Of a DNA stretch of 64,000 bases, positions 43,542 to 54,984 are shown in pieces. Numbering within the stretch: position 1 is the first letter of the stretch; the number at the start of each line of letters is the position of its first letter. The notes beneath the pieces were generated by a model. It was not told the DNA's origin. It did no database searches and saw nothing but the letters and a program-made list of their open reading frames with translations. This DNA is from an uncultured Methanosarcinales archaeon (GTDB taxonomy: Archaea > Halobacteriota > Methanosarcinia > Methanotrichales > Methanotrichaceae), in NCBI GenBank assembly GCA_963843555.1, contig CAWJKV010000012.1, positions 1-64,000 on the forward strand, given 5' to 3'. The translations under genes were made by a program, and so were the position numbers.

Positions 43542-45560
43542 ATGCCAAGACTGATGATGATCATCTTCATAGCTTTACTCGTATGGCTTTCGCCAATTGA
43601 TGGAGCAAGAACCTTTATCGTGGATGATAACGGCTTCGCCAATTACAAGACAATCCAAGAGGCCGTTGTTGCTGCAGATAACGGAGATACGATATATGTC
43701 AAGCCGGGGATCTACGATGAAGAGGTTATCCTGAACAAGAGCCTTACCCTTATGCCGCTCCTCGGCGAGAGCGGCCCGATAATTCTCAATGGAGACGGTT
43801 TGGAGACAGGAATCACAATCTCGTCGAACGACTGTTCTCTGGAAGGTCTTACCCTGCAAAACTACACCGGCACGGCAGTCTATCTTCTTTCTGATGGAAA
43901 CACCATCACGAAGAATGTGTTTGAAGACACCAGCCCCGCCATATTGGCTAGTGGCTCCAATAATAACTCAATAAATGAGAATCTCATAAAGAAATGCCAG
44001 GGTGGAGTGGTCCTCCGGGACAACTCAGACGGCAATATCATCGAGAAAAACGAGATTGCCGGCTGCAATATTTCCATGTTCCTCGGGAATGTTGGAAAAA
44101 ACAGTATACTTGGCAACAAGATCTCCGATACCCACTGGGGGATATGGCTGGACGACACCAGCAATATCGAGATCAATGGTAACGATATAGCAAGCAAGAA
44201 CTACGGCATTTTGCTCTTCAACAGCAGCAGTATCAATGTTACCGATAGCAAAGTGCAGATTGAAGATAAAGACGCTATCAGCACGCGTGGAATCTTTCTT
44301 GCAAATACCAGCGGAATCGAGTTGCAGAGGAATGAGATTGATGGTGGTGCAATAGGCCTCGGCATTTTGAAGAGCCAGAACAACAAACTGGCAGATAACA
44401 CAATAGCAGGCAGCGCAAATGCCATTTTTATCCAGGACACAAACGGGCAAGAGATCGAAAACAATCGCATCAATGAAGTGGATTATGGTATGAGACTGGA
44501 CAATTCCAGCCAGAACTCCATCAGACAGAACATAGTTGAAAACAGTACCATAGGTTTCGACCTTGGCGCGAGCAAAGAGAACACCGTGATCGAAAACCAG
44601 GTCTCAAACACAAAGGACACGGCGGTTCAGATCACATCATCGAGCGAGAACAGCTTTCAAGCAAACAATATAACCAATAGTTTCCGAGGATTTATTCTTT
44701 CAGAATCCTCCGCCAACCTCCTGGCCGCAAATAACCTCCAGAACGTGGATTGGAGCCTTTATGTGGAAAGCGTCACCAAAGAAGGCTTCGATAATTCCAT
44801 TAACGAATCCAATGTGGTGGATCTGGTTCCCATTGTCTACCTATTTGGCGAGTCCGGCGGACAGATCCAGGATAGGAAGCTCGCCCACCTCACTCTGGCA
44901 TATTGCGACAATGTCACTGTGAAGAATACAACTATCACCCGTGATGCCGTCTTCCTCTTCGACTCTAAGAACATCACTATCAAAGACAACAACATATCGG
45001 GATGCTTCGGTATGCGCCTCGTTCAATCCTTTGGAAATGAGATCGTCGGCAATCGCCTTCTGGGCAATAAGTACAGCGGGATCTTCCTGTACGCCTCGGA
45101 TTTGAATGAGATTGGAGAGAATAATCTATCTTTGAACAACCAGATGGGTATATCTCTTCTCTCCTGCAGTCAGAACACCATTCGCGACAACGTGGTGGAC
45201 AGCAATAATGATACTGGGGTCTGGCTCAATCTCTCCAATGATAACCAGATCTACCAGAATAACATCACCAACAATCCACGGGGCTGCCGGGTTGAGTCCT
45301 CCACTGGAAACAAGATCTACCGCAACAACTTCCTCAACAACAAAGAGCAATCGCAAGATGTTGAGGGCAACAATAGCTGGGATGATGGCAATACCACAGG
45401 CGGCAACTACTGGAGCGATCATGTGGCCAAGGGCAATCCCAGCAAGGAATGGCCGAAGCAGATCAAAGGGGGAAATATGCAGGACCGCTATCCATTCCAG
45501 GATGAGAGCGGCTGGCTGGCAGCAAGAGCTGCTGGCCCCTCCCAGGGGGCAAAGGCATAA
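43542..45560 (+). CDS. NosD/CASH-type parallel beta-helix secreted protein
   Basis: Signal peptide, YKTIQEAV..GDTIYVKPGIY, many GIxLxxSxxNxIxxN repeats, GGNYWSD. Confidence 0.9.
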   Translation: MPRLMMIIFIALLVWLSPIDGARTFIVDDNGFANYKTIQEAVVAADNGDTIYVKPGIYDEEVILNKSLTLMPLLGESGPIILNGDGLETGITISSNDCSLEGLTLQNYTGTAVYLLSDGNTITKNVFEDTSPAILASGSNNNSINENLIKKCQGGVVLRDNSDGNIIEKNEIAGCNISMFLGNVGKNSILGNKISDTHWGIWLDDTSNIEINGNDIASKNYGILLFNSSSINVTDSKVQIEDKDAISTRGIFLANTSGIELQRNEIDGGAIGLGILKSQNNKLADNTIAGSANAIFIQDTNGQEIENNRINEVDYGMRLDNSSQNSIRQNIVENSTIGFDLGASKENTVIENQVSNTKDTAVQITSSSENSFQANNITNSFRGFILSESSANLLAANNLQNVDWSLYVESVTKEGFDNSINESNVVDLVPIVYLFGESGGQIQDRKLAHLTLAYCDNVTVKNTTITRDAVFLFDSKNITIKDNNISGCFGMRLVQSFGNEIVGNRLLGNKYSGIFLYASDLNEIGENNLSLNNQMGISLLSCSQNTIRDNVVDSNNDTGVWLNLSNDNQIYQNNITNNPRGCRVESSTGNKIYRNNFLNNKEQSQDVEGNNSWDDGNTTGGNYWSDHVAKGNPSKEWPKQIKGGNMQDRYPFQDESGWLAARAAGPSQGAKA

Positions 45561-45602
45561 ACCGCAATCTACTTAAGAAGATGAAGAGATGAGGTGAAGA
45601 AT

Positions 45603-45776
45603 ATGGCAAAGAATAAGAGTGAAGGCAGCGGTCTTCAGTCGTCCGCCGGCCTGATGAGATACTTCGAGGCCGATGACAATTCGATCAAGCTCAATCCCAA
45701 GATGGTGCTTGCAGCCTGTATGGGCGCGGGCGCAGTGGTTCTGGGACTGGATATCGCCGTTGGTCTCTGGCCTTAA
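45603..45776 (+). CDS. secG: Preprotein translocase subunit Sec61beta
   Basis: GLQSSAGLMRYFEA..IKLNPK followed by one TM helix. Confidence 0.92.
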   Translation: MAKNKSEGSGLQSSAGLMRYFEADDNSIKLNPKMVLAACMGAGAVVLGLDIAVGLWP

Positions 45777-46029
45777 GCGACTATTTGAGATCCACTGCGA
45801 AGGGTGATGCTTTTTTCGCTGTTTGCCGGTGAGTGCTCGAAAGCGCCCTCAACGGCTTTATTCAGTGTAGTGGGAGCCTCAGACGGAGAGGGAGAGAACG
45901 AGAGGGGAGTTTAAAATAACGATCTTGAGAACCAAAGTCAATAGAAATATCACTAAAGTATCAATAAAATTGCCTCAAGATAGCAATTATTTTAAAAAAA
46001 TAGGAACGGATAAACTTCCTGTGTAACAT

Positions 46030-46815
46030 CTATCCGAGAACGCAGATCGCCCGTGGTTCTCTGATCAGAAGCGCCAGGCTTTCTGATATGGAGAATTCCA
46101 GGTTCTCGCCCATCGGCCCGTTGTAGCCGAGGGTCATGTCCTGACCCAGCACAATGGCTGCGTATTGCCTCCCTGATGCCATGAGGACTCCCCCGCTCTC
46201 CAGAATGGGGGCTTTGAAGATGCCGTCTGTGACCAGAGCCTGAAGATACTCGAGCTCGGTACCTCCCTGGGGATAGCGGCGGAAGAGGTGGTTGTAGCGT
46301 TCAGGCGCTAAGGCCAATGTATATGGTCCGTGGAAGCCGGCCTTGTCCAGGAGGGTTATTGCAGCTATGACGTCCCCCACAGCCTTGCCCATAGCTTCCC
46401 AACTGGAGAGCTTGAGCCCCGAGGCTCCTTTGCTATTCAGAAGGCCGGATTCTCCGCTCATTCCTTCGAATATCAGGGACTCCTCCAGCCCGGCTGCCTC
46501 CTGTGCGGCCTTGGCCACAGGAGCGGTGTTGATGGGCATACCATCCTTTTCCGCAGCCGCCAGATCCCTCTTGCTCATGGAGAAGGTCTTATGGATCAAA
46601 GATAAGGGCACAAAGTTGCTTGTGATGATACCATTTTCCGCCCGGACGTCCTGTAAAGGCACTGCCTTGAGTCCAAGTCCGTAGGGGCCTTCGAGATTCA
46701 ACATCCTTCTTCCTGTGAGAACCCCTCGGGCCGCCTCGGCCATAGTGCTGTCCAAAGCCTTCCACGTTTCCGGTCCAATGGGCGCATCTTCCCGCCCTAA
46801 GTAATCATTTTCCAT
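46030..46815 (-). CDS. Family 1 encapsulin shell protein (Linocin M18-like)
   Basis: DYLGREDAPI..W..TGRRMLNLEGPYG, EESLIFEG, GPYTLAL and LGQDMTLGY. GGAGG RBS before ATG 46815. Confidence 0.93.
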   Translation of the reverse strand: MENDYLGREDAPIGPETWKALDSTMAEAARGVLTGRRMLNLEGPYGLGLKAVPLQDVRAENGIITSNFVPLSLIHKTFSMSKRDLAAAEKDGMPINTAPVAKAAQEAAGLEESLIFEGMSGESGLLNSKGASGLKLSSWEAMGKAVGDVIAAITLLDKAGFHGPYTLALAPERYNHLFRRYPQGGTELEYLQALVTDGIFKAPILESGGVLMASGRQYAAIVLGQDMTLGYNGPMGENLEFSISESLALLIREPRAICVLG

Positions 46816-46833
46816 TGATATGTCCTCCTGCAA

Positions 46834-47223
46834 TCACTTCTTTAGCGACCCGATGGTCGTCTGGATAGGCTTCTCCTCGCCCTCAGGCTTTGTCGCCTCC
46901 ACTGTGACCTCTTGAGACGGCAGGGAGATCTCGAGAGCCATCTCATCGACCTCCTGGGCCCCTTTTGCCAGCTGCAGGTCCTCATCTCCTGTAAGAATGG
47001 AGAGCAGCCGGGCGAACTCTCCGATGTGAACTCTCTCCTCATTGGCGATATCGATGAAGACCTTCTTGGCCAGAGGATTATCTGTGGCCTCGGCATGGGC
47101 CATATAAAGGTGAACTGCTTCCTGCTCGGCGGAGAGGTCAAGGCGTATCGCTCTGATCAGCTCTTCCATGGAGAGCTTGCGATCGGGCACTTTTCCGCTG
47201 AATGGATTAACGAACTCAGGCAT
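46834..47223 (-). CDS. Ferritin-like encapsulin cargo protein with C-terminal targeting peptide
   Basis: AEQEAVHLY and IANEERVHIGE di-iron-type motifs; flexible tail ending TIGSLKK. Confidence 0.9.
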   Translation of the reverse strand: MPEFVNPFSGKVPDRKLSMEELIRAIRLDLSAEQEAVHLYMAHAEATDNPLAKKVFIDIANEERVHIGEFARLLSILTGDEDLQLAKGAQEVDEMALEISLPSQEVTVEATKPEGEEKPIQTTIGSLKK

Positions 47224-47612
47224 TTTTTATCTCCTGATCAGTCTGCCAGATTTGGAATTATTGAATGCGGGCTGAGATGCGAATCCGTTTTCACAGCTCT
47301 GCAACCTCCTTTGAGCATCATGCAAAATTTGCACGCTTGAAGGCTTTATAAGCACATTCGTCTCGATAATTCCAATTCCGGTTTTTGATCAATTTACTAT
47401 TAATTAGATATAGCCTAATGTAAATATGTCTTTTGGCAGATCGCTTAATCTTCGTCCTGTTGCACGAGTCGATGGCGGATAAGATAAGAATATACAAATT
47501 AAAATTAAAAGATCCAAAAAAAATCCTGCCCAAGATCCCCAAAAAAGGCGGGAAGCCCGGGATTCCATCTCACCGAGGCCTCCCATGTGATAATCCAGGC
47601 CTTTGCAGGGTC

Positions 47613-48326
47613 CTATCCTTTAAGGGAAGCCATCCTGGGCAGTATGCTGGGATCGATTCCCGCCAGCTGCGTTACATCCTTGAATCTGCTCTCAGTTTCC
47701 TGGGCGGCAGGCTGGGGGACAGTTGTATTATTCTGCTCAGAGATCAATTGCCGCTCTGCCACGGTTGTGGATACAGTCTGGATCGCGGCAGGAGTGTAGC
47801 CGGATGCATCCGGGCTGATCAGTGTGGCTGCAAATTCGCCCCGGGTAGCAATGCCATTGCCATCAGAACGGATGAAGTATCCTTTCATCGAATCGCCTTC
47901 GACGTTGCCGCTTATGTAGGTGGATGCAACCGTCTCCCCTTCAGCTGCGGCCAGGGACAAGGAGATTGCATTTCCTGAGAGCGAACCTGCCACTGCACCG
48001 TTCCAGGGGTTATCGCCTTCGAATTTGGCCGGGCCAAATATGGATTCTCCAGACTGGTTAAAGGCCGCAGTTATCATATTTTCTCCCAGGGAGACTTTCC
48101 AGATGCCCTGCACACTCGCCTGCACGCCAGCATTGCTATTGCCCTCATTTGAATTGGTGCTATTAATGTCTGCACCGACTGTGCTGGAGGCGTCTACTGT
48201 ATCGTTCGCGAACTGATTCGCATTTGCTGAGGATGCATCCCGTGACTGTGCAAAGCATACTGACATCAGCAAAACCAAGAGGAGAACTCCCATCCAGCCA
48301 GAATATCGTACTATCTTCAAACCCAT
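47613..48326 (-). CDS. Secreted hypothetical protein
   Basis: Signal peptide, low-complexity linker and a Gly-rich beta-strand domain. Confidence 0.7.
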   Translation of the reverse strand: MGLKIVRYSGWMGVLLLVLLMSVCFAQSRDASSANANQFANDTVDASSTVGADINSTNSNEGNSNAGVQASVQGIWKVSLGENMITAAFNQSGESIFGPAKFEGDNPWNGAVAGSLSGNAISLSLAAAEGETVASTYISGNVEGDSMKGYFIRSDGNGIATRGEFAATLISPDASGYTPAAIQTVSTTVAERQLISEQNNTTVPQPAAQETESRFKDVTQLAGIDPSILPRMASLKG

Positions 48327-48432
48327 AACCTCCTTTCGTTCAGTTTATTACTTATCTCTTTACCCATCCGCGCTTGGGGACGAAAATGAAATTCGCGAGA
48401 GAATTTAAATATGGATCGAACTAATTCATAAA

Positions 48433-49305
48433 ATGATGGTTTTACTCCAAGCCCAGGTCGGAACAGATGCGTTGAGCTTCTAACTCAATAATGTCTGGGT
48501 TCTATTATTCATACTCCTGTTTCTGGTTCCCATGGCCCAGAGAAATTACCTGCAGTCTGCACGCAAGCGCGTTCTCGCCAAGCTCGGAAAATCGAGAGGC
48601 ACTCAGGTCATAACGCTTATCCATCGCCAGGAGACCATCAGCTTTCTTGGCATCCCTCTGGCCCGCTACATCGATATCGACGACAGCGAACAGGTTTTGC
48701 GGGCTATTCGCAGAGCGGATAAAGATGTGCCGATAGACATCATTCTGCATACGCCCGGCGGCCTGGCTCTGGCAGCCACGCAAATCGCCATGGCTCTGAA
48801 GGCTCATCCCGCCAAAAAGACAGTGATTGTGCCCCATTACGCCATGAGCGGCGGAACCCTCATCGCTTTTGCTGCCGACAGGATAATCATGGACCCGCAT
48901 GCTGCGTTGGGTCCCGTCGATCCGCAGTTGGGAGATATTCAGGGCAGCTATCCAGCCACATCGCTCCTGGCAGTGGTCAGCAAGAAGAAGATCGATGAGA
49001 TCGATGACAAGACACTCATCTACGCCGAAGAAGGCCGCAAGGCTCTGGACCAGATGAGGAGCCTCTTGAGAAAAATCCTGGAAGGCAAGTCAGACCAAAA
49101 GAGGCTGGACATAATAATCGAGGAGTTCGTCTCGGGAAAGTACACTCACGATCATCCTTTCATGGCCGAGGAGGCACAGACTCTCTTAGGTGAATGCGTC
49201 CAGACTGATGTTCCTGAAGAGGTCTATGCCCTGATGGAGCTCTATCGCATGGAAGCTGGCAGAAGCCGCCCGGGCGTGGAGTATGTGCCGCTGATGAGGC
49301 GTTAG
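48433..49305 (+). CDS. SDH/DUF114 family ClpP-fold serine protease (N-terminal TM joined across an indel)
   Basis: LIHRQE, ILHTPGG, YAMSGGTLIA, LGPVDPQ and THDHP. Confidence 0.9.
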
Positions 49306-49374
49306 ACATATCCATTCCGCCGTCTCAGTGGTTCCATTCATTCCTATTTTCAAACCGGTTGGGATCGGCTCCGC

Positions 49375-51940
49375 TCATTTCGATCTGCTACTACGGCGCA
49401 TGCCATTGATCATCTTGAGCCCCTCAAACCATAAGATGCTGGTAATCCCTGCCATGAAGCATATGGCGATGTCGATGAAATGCAGATAGGCAAAGCCGAA
49501 CAGCTCTCTCAAGAATGGAATGTAGAGCACCGCAGCCAGGAATACAAGCGCCCCTCCCAACACCCACCAGAGAGCACGGTTGGGACTGTCTCAAGGTCTC
49601 AAAAATGGTTCGAGACCAGGATCGATTGGTTAGGATCAGGCCCAGATTGGCCACGATGAGCGTGGTAAAGGTCAGGGCTCTTGCCTCTGCTTCTCCCTGG
49701 CCGCGGTATAGAGATGTGGCATAAACGGCCAGGACGATTGCCAGCACTATAAAGCCTTGCAGGAAACTCAGGGCCAGATTCCGCCTGCTGAAGAGCGGCT
49801 TTTTCGGATCGCGTGGAGGGCGTCTGCATGACATCAGCCTCCTCGGGCTCAGCCTCGAAGACCACGGAGCAGGCCGGGTCAATGATCAGCTCCAGGAAGA
49901 CGACATGCACCGGCAAGAGGACGAGAGGCCACTGCAAGAGAACAGGTATCAAAGACATGCCTGCGATGGGCACGTGAATGGCAAGGATGTAGCCCATGGC
50001 TTTCTTGATATTGTCGAATACTCTGCGGCCAAGCCGCGTGGCCTGCACAATGGATGAGAAGGAATCGTCCAAAAGCACCAGACTCGCTGCCTCCCGGGCC
50101 ACATCTGTGCCCCGGCCGCCCATGGCAATGCCGATGTCTGCCGCTTTCAGGGCAGGGGCATCATTGACGCCGTCGCCGGTCATGGCCACAACCTCTCCAT
50201 CGGCCTTCATAGCTATGACCAGCCTCAACTTTTGCTCCGGCACCATTCGGGAAAATATGTTTATGTCCTTTATGCGCTCCTGAAAATCCGAATCGGAGAG
50301 CAACTCCATCTCCGGGCCGGTCAGGACCCTGTCCGCAGACTTAAGGCCTATCGTTCTGGCGATGGCCTGGGCAGTAGCCGGATAGTCGCCGGTTATCATT
50401 ACGACTCTTATCCCCGCGTCATAGCATTCCTTGATGGCATCGGCTATGCCAGGCACGCACCGGGTCGGCAAGGCCCACGAGACCCAGAAACTGAAATTCG
50501 AAGTCGTGCTGTGCCTGCGGCAGATCGGTCTCTTTGAATCTTGCTCTGGCGACGCCAAGGACGCGTAAGCCCTCTTCTGCCATGGCAATGATATTCTCGG
50601 AGAGCTTCTGGCGGGATGATTCATCAAGATGGCAGAGGTCGGCTATGGCCTCAGGCGCACCCTTAGCGGCAATGACGAAATCACTGCCTTCCGGTGACCT
50701 CCAGACGCGGGACATAGCCAGCAGCTTCTTGGAGAGTGGATACTCCTGCACCAGACTCCAATCTCTATGGACATGTTCCGTCTTCTGCAGATAGTCATCT
50801 CCAAGCTTCTGGAAGGCCTTCTCCATGGGGTCGAAAGGGTCTTTCTGCGAGGCCAGAATGCTGTACTCCACGACCTCATGAATGCCGTCAGGAAGAGCGC
50901 CCAGGAGCCCGTCGAGGCTCCAGAATTGGCCGGCAGCAAAGAGCTTCTTCACAGTCATACGATTCTCTGTGAGAGTGCCGGTCTTGTCAGTGCAGAGCAC
51001 TGTGGTCGCCCCCAGCGTCTCCACGGCCGGGACCCGGCGTGTGAGGACCCGGTTCTGAGAGATCCTCCAGGCACCCATAGCCAGGAAGATGGTCAGGACT
51101 ACGGGAAACTCTTCCGGCAGGACGGCCATGGCCATGGTGATACCGGCCAAGAGTCCCTGCAGCCAGTCGTTCCGGGTTATGCCATAGACCACAACCACCA
51201 AGACGCAAAGAGCCAGTCCCAGCGAGGGCCAGCTTCTGCACGAGTTTCGAGGTCTCCTTTTGCAGCGGCGTCTTCTCGGACTCGACATTTTGCAGGGCTT
51301 TTCCGATCTTGCCGATCTGCGTTTGCGCGCCCGTGGCCAACACCTGAGCCGCACCCTGGCCCTGCACAATAAGGCTTCCGGAATAGACGAAAGGCAGGTC
51401 ATCGCCGCCCGGTTGGGTCATAGCGGACGAGCCGTCGGAGCATACTTTGCGAACGGATACTGACTCACCCGTGAGGAGCGACTCATCTGCAGAGAGGTTG
51501 GTGCAGAAAAGAAGCTCTGCGTCTGCGGGTACGCGATCGCCTTCAGAAAGAACAATCAGGTCACCGGGAACAACCTCCCGTCCAGGAATGCGTTTATGCA
51601 CACTGTCCCGGATCACCAGGGCACGGGGGCTGGATAGGTCTCGCAGGGCCTCCAGGGCCCTCTCCGTCTTTCGTTCCTGGTAGAGGGTGATGCCCATCAC
51701 CACGAAGACGAAGCCCATAAGCATCAGCGCCTCCTGAAGGTCTCCGAGAATGAAATAAACCAGGCTGCCTGCCACCAGAAGCAGGAACATGGGCTCCTTT
51801 ATCACCTCCAGAGCGATTGCGAATATGCTGCGAGGTTTCGATTGCGGCAGCTCATTATATCCAAACTGTTTTTGCAGCTCTGCCGCCTCGGCCTCGGAGA
51901 GGCCCTTTGCGGTGCTTATGTCGAAGTCTTCAGCCAGCGA
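49375..51940 (-). CDS. P-type cation-transporting ATPase (Ca2+-like, type II), multiple indels; start approximate
   Basis: TGES, PEE, DKTGTLT, KGAPE, MITGD and GDGVNDAPAL motifs. Confidence 0.95.
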
Positions 51941-52011
51941 TATATCCCCTTTGGGGGCTATCCAGTCCTCTTTCTCAAAACGACTTGAGGTCGCAAAGCT
52001 CTCTTTCCGCC

Positions 52012-52569
52012 CTAGATCCATTTCAGCACTTTGGCTTCTCTGGATTTTGGTTCAGGAGTCTCATTCGGATAGCCGAATATGAGCGGCGCCATCAATTCAT
52101 GGTCCTCAGGTATCCCTATCTCTGCCAGGGCCCTGGGGTCCTGGTTCAGGAAGGCGGCAAAACCGATAAAACAGCTTCCTAAACCTGCCTGGTAGGCGAC
52201 CAGGAACATGTTCTCTGCGGCCAGGCCGCAGTCCAGGAGGTTCACTGTCCTCCATTCCTCTTTCTTCGCAACGCTGATCAAAATGACAAGCGGGGCACCA
52301 TAGAACACTACGTCTTTATTCGACTTGAATGCCGTCAGGAGGTTCTCAGGCAGGGGCATGCTCTGCATCACCAGCTCTTTTGTCCTTCGGGACAGATTAT
52401 CGATGATATCTCTCTTCTCTATGACAGTGAAACGCCATGGCTGGCCGTTCATGCCCGAGGGAGCCAAAGATCCGGCAGACAATATCTTGTTGATGACATC
52501 TTTTGGCACAGCTTTGTCTTTATAGCTGCGTATGCTTCTCCTTCCTGCTATACACGCATCCAGTTCCAT
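52012..52569 (-). CDS. Nitroreductase family protein
   Basis: RRSIRSY, APSGMNGQPW and GLGSCFIG. Confidence 0.93.
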   Translation of the reverse strand: MELDACIAGRRSIRSYKDKAVPKDVINKILSAGSLAPSGMNGQPWRFTVIEKRDIIDNLSRRTKELVMQSMPLPENLLTAFKSNKDVVFYGAPLVILISVAKKEEWRTVNLLDCGLAAENMFLVAYQAGLGSCFIGFAAFLNQDPRALAEIGIPEDHELMAPLIFGYPNETPEPKSREAKVLKWI

Positions 52570-52943
52570 AATAGAAAATCGCATTCTTAATATTAAATGC
52601 TTTACTCGCAGGAACCAGAATGCTGCAATTGCCTGTCTATGACGATTATAGAAGAAAGTTCTTCTTGCATTTTGGATGAGGTATTCTCTGTGTGGCTTTG
52701 CCTGGATTTCGCGAAATCTTGGGCCTGGGTATGATGTGCGATTATATATTCGGCCATTAGCCCTTCCGAAGATGCGTTATAGGCTCGCCTGCATATCGAT
52801 TCTCAGATTGATTTCTCTTTGTAAATATGCCCTGGCCAAAAAGCTTATATCTCGGCAATTGCCGTATGTAGTACATGGCAAAGGTCGAATCTCATTTCTT
52901 TCCCATCAAGATGACTTTTGCCTCCCTCCTATTCATGATTGAC

Positions 52944-53288
52944 TCAGGATTTCTGAGATAGCATCCGATCTTCCTCATACATCCTGGTGTTTGGGCATTG
53001 TTGTATCATGATTTCCGTCTCGTATGATCCTGGCTTGTCGGCGCTCGGGGTGATCTTGTAGATCTTGCCTGACAGATGCACCTCTGTGTAGCCATTTTTG
53101 GCGACGGCATCAAACCCATGATTGGCAAGAACAGAGGCCAGATCAAGGGAACTCATGCCTTGTTTTTCAAATGACGAGATGAGGTCATTCAATTCAGAAA
53201 TATCGCCACCAATCGCTGATGCGGTGCTTATTGATATTGTTACTAAGCCAATCGTCATGATTGCCAACAGACATCTTTCCACTGCCAT
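52944..53288 (-). CDS. Secreted hypothetical protein
   Basis: Signal-like N-terminus; 114 aa. Confidence 0.6.
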   Translation of the reverse strand: MAVERCLLAIMTIGLVTISISTASAIGGDISELNDLISSFEKQGMSSLDLASVLANHGFDAVAKNGYTEVHLSGKIYKITPSADKPGSYETEIMIQQCPNTRMYEEDRMLSQKS

Positions 53289-53426
53289 GTAAATAAGATA
53301 TAATCTATGTGATCATATAGACGATTACGATTGAATCTGATCAGAAATTATACACATTTGACCTAAATATTCATTCTGCACTTCGATCAGTACTAATGTT
53401 CAAGACTTCCAGAAGTTCACTGTACT

Positions 53427-54597
53427 CTAGAACTCCATCAAGCTCCTCTGTACCGGCCTCCCCAGGAGCTCAGCCGTCTTGCGCCACTCTCCCGATGGGG
53501 TCTTAATCCTATTTTCCATCTCCGCCATTGCCTCAGGCAGACTCCCAAAGCGTAATGGTGGTGAGGTCATTGCTTTGCGGGCCACCTCCCGCACCACCCA
53601 GACGCCCAATGGAGCCCAGTAGGCTTCCGAGATCTCCCGCACCGCCAGCACTGCTGCCTGGCGTCCCAACAAGGCCAGGTGCTCCAGCGCCGCCAGGCGC
53701 GCTGCGTAGTATCCGCCCGCCAGGCTGCTGTATTCCTTCTTGGGTCGCGCATCCTCCCGATCACCAGCCTATGAAGCCGTCCTCGGCCCAGACGGAGCGG
53801 GGCATCCAGATCTCAATCAGCTCGAAGCTGAATGGCCGGGGCAGGAGCAATATCTCAAAATGGTTTCCCAAATCCTCTCCGGAAAACAGATAATAATCGT
53901 TGACCAGGGGCTTGTCCAAAACGGCTTCCTTGAGCTCTTTAGCGATCATGTCGTCCGAGGCGGTGATCGACCAGCGCGTGGGCACCAGCTTTCGCTTCCT
54001 CCCCAACAAGCCCAGGGAAAGCATGCGAGAGATGTGATCCACACCAATGCCCGCAGAATAGAGCTCGCCCAATGCAACAGAAGCGACCACGTCCCTATCT
54101 TCCACGACCTCGTCCACTTTGCGAGGGATGAGGGGATTGGTGGTGATCTCCATCTTCTTCAGCTCTCCGGATGGGCCGGAGGGAGAGAGCACACCATCGA
54201 ACTGGAGCCTTCCCTGGGGGGGCTTGAAGAAAGAGACCTCTGTCCCCACAGGCGCGGACGACATGGCGATCTGCTGGCATGCCTCCAGAAGCTTTCCCGG
54301 TGTCTGCGCCTCCAAGACCCCGATCTTTGTCTCAGAGCGAACCATTTGCGATCGCGAAGCTATAACCTCCCCAATGTCCATGCCGAGCAGCGGGGGTTGC
54401 CGGGCTTCACCCAGGGGTACCATGGGCCCGGCTCTCACCAATGGATAGCCGTGTCTCCCCACAAATACCTCTGGAGGGGACATTCCTTCCATGCGGCTGC
54501 CGATTTTGGGGAGGTGAGAGATCTCCTCCAGGCGGCGAAGTATGGGGCAGACGGGCCGACCGCAGTCTCCCCGGCCTTTGCAGGTGATGCATTTCAT
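53427..54597 (-). CDS. nreA: Nre family DNA repair protein (indel near 53760)
   Basis: [49 protein letters not shown] and C-terminal PIP box QRSLMEF. Confidence 0.9.
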
Positions 54598-54645
54598 CAC
54601 AGCTTCAGCAAGACCCTTATAGGATATATCCACTACCATTTTGCG

Positions 54646-54984
54646 ATGAATGATCGGTTGATACCGGCGATCGCCCAGGACTGGAAGACAGGCGAGGTGC
54701 TTATGCTGGCCTATATGAACGACGAGGCATTGGCCAGGACCAGAGAGACGGGCAAAGCACATTACTGGTCTCGCTCGCGAAAGAAGCTCTGGCTAAAGGG
54801 CGAGTCCTCCGGGCACTTTCAGCTTGTCCGGGAGATACGGGTCGATTGCGATGAAGATGCCATACTGTTAATGGTCGAGCAGGAAGGAGGGGCCTGTCAT
54901 ACCGGTTATAGGTCCTGCTTCTACCGCACCTTAGACGGCCAGGTTGTAGGCGAGAAGGTATTCGATCCAGAGGATGTCTATTGA
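54646..54984 (+). CDS. hisI: Phosphoribosyl-AMP cyclohydrolase
   Basis: [22 protein letters not shown] and [10 protein letters not shown]. Confidence 0.95.
   Translation: MNDRLIPAIAQDWKTGEVLMLAYMNDEALARTRETGKAHYWSRSRKKLWLKGESSGHFQLVREIRVDCDEDAILLMVEQEGGACHTGYRSCFYRTLDGQVVGEKVFDPEDVY

Noticed and set aside
53740..54645. Long N-terminal extension of HisI (414-aa ORF)
   Set aside because: Antisense shadow of nreA; HisI starts at 54646.
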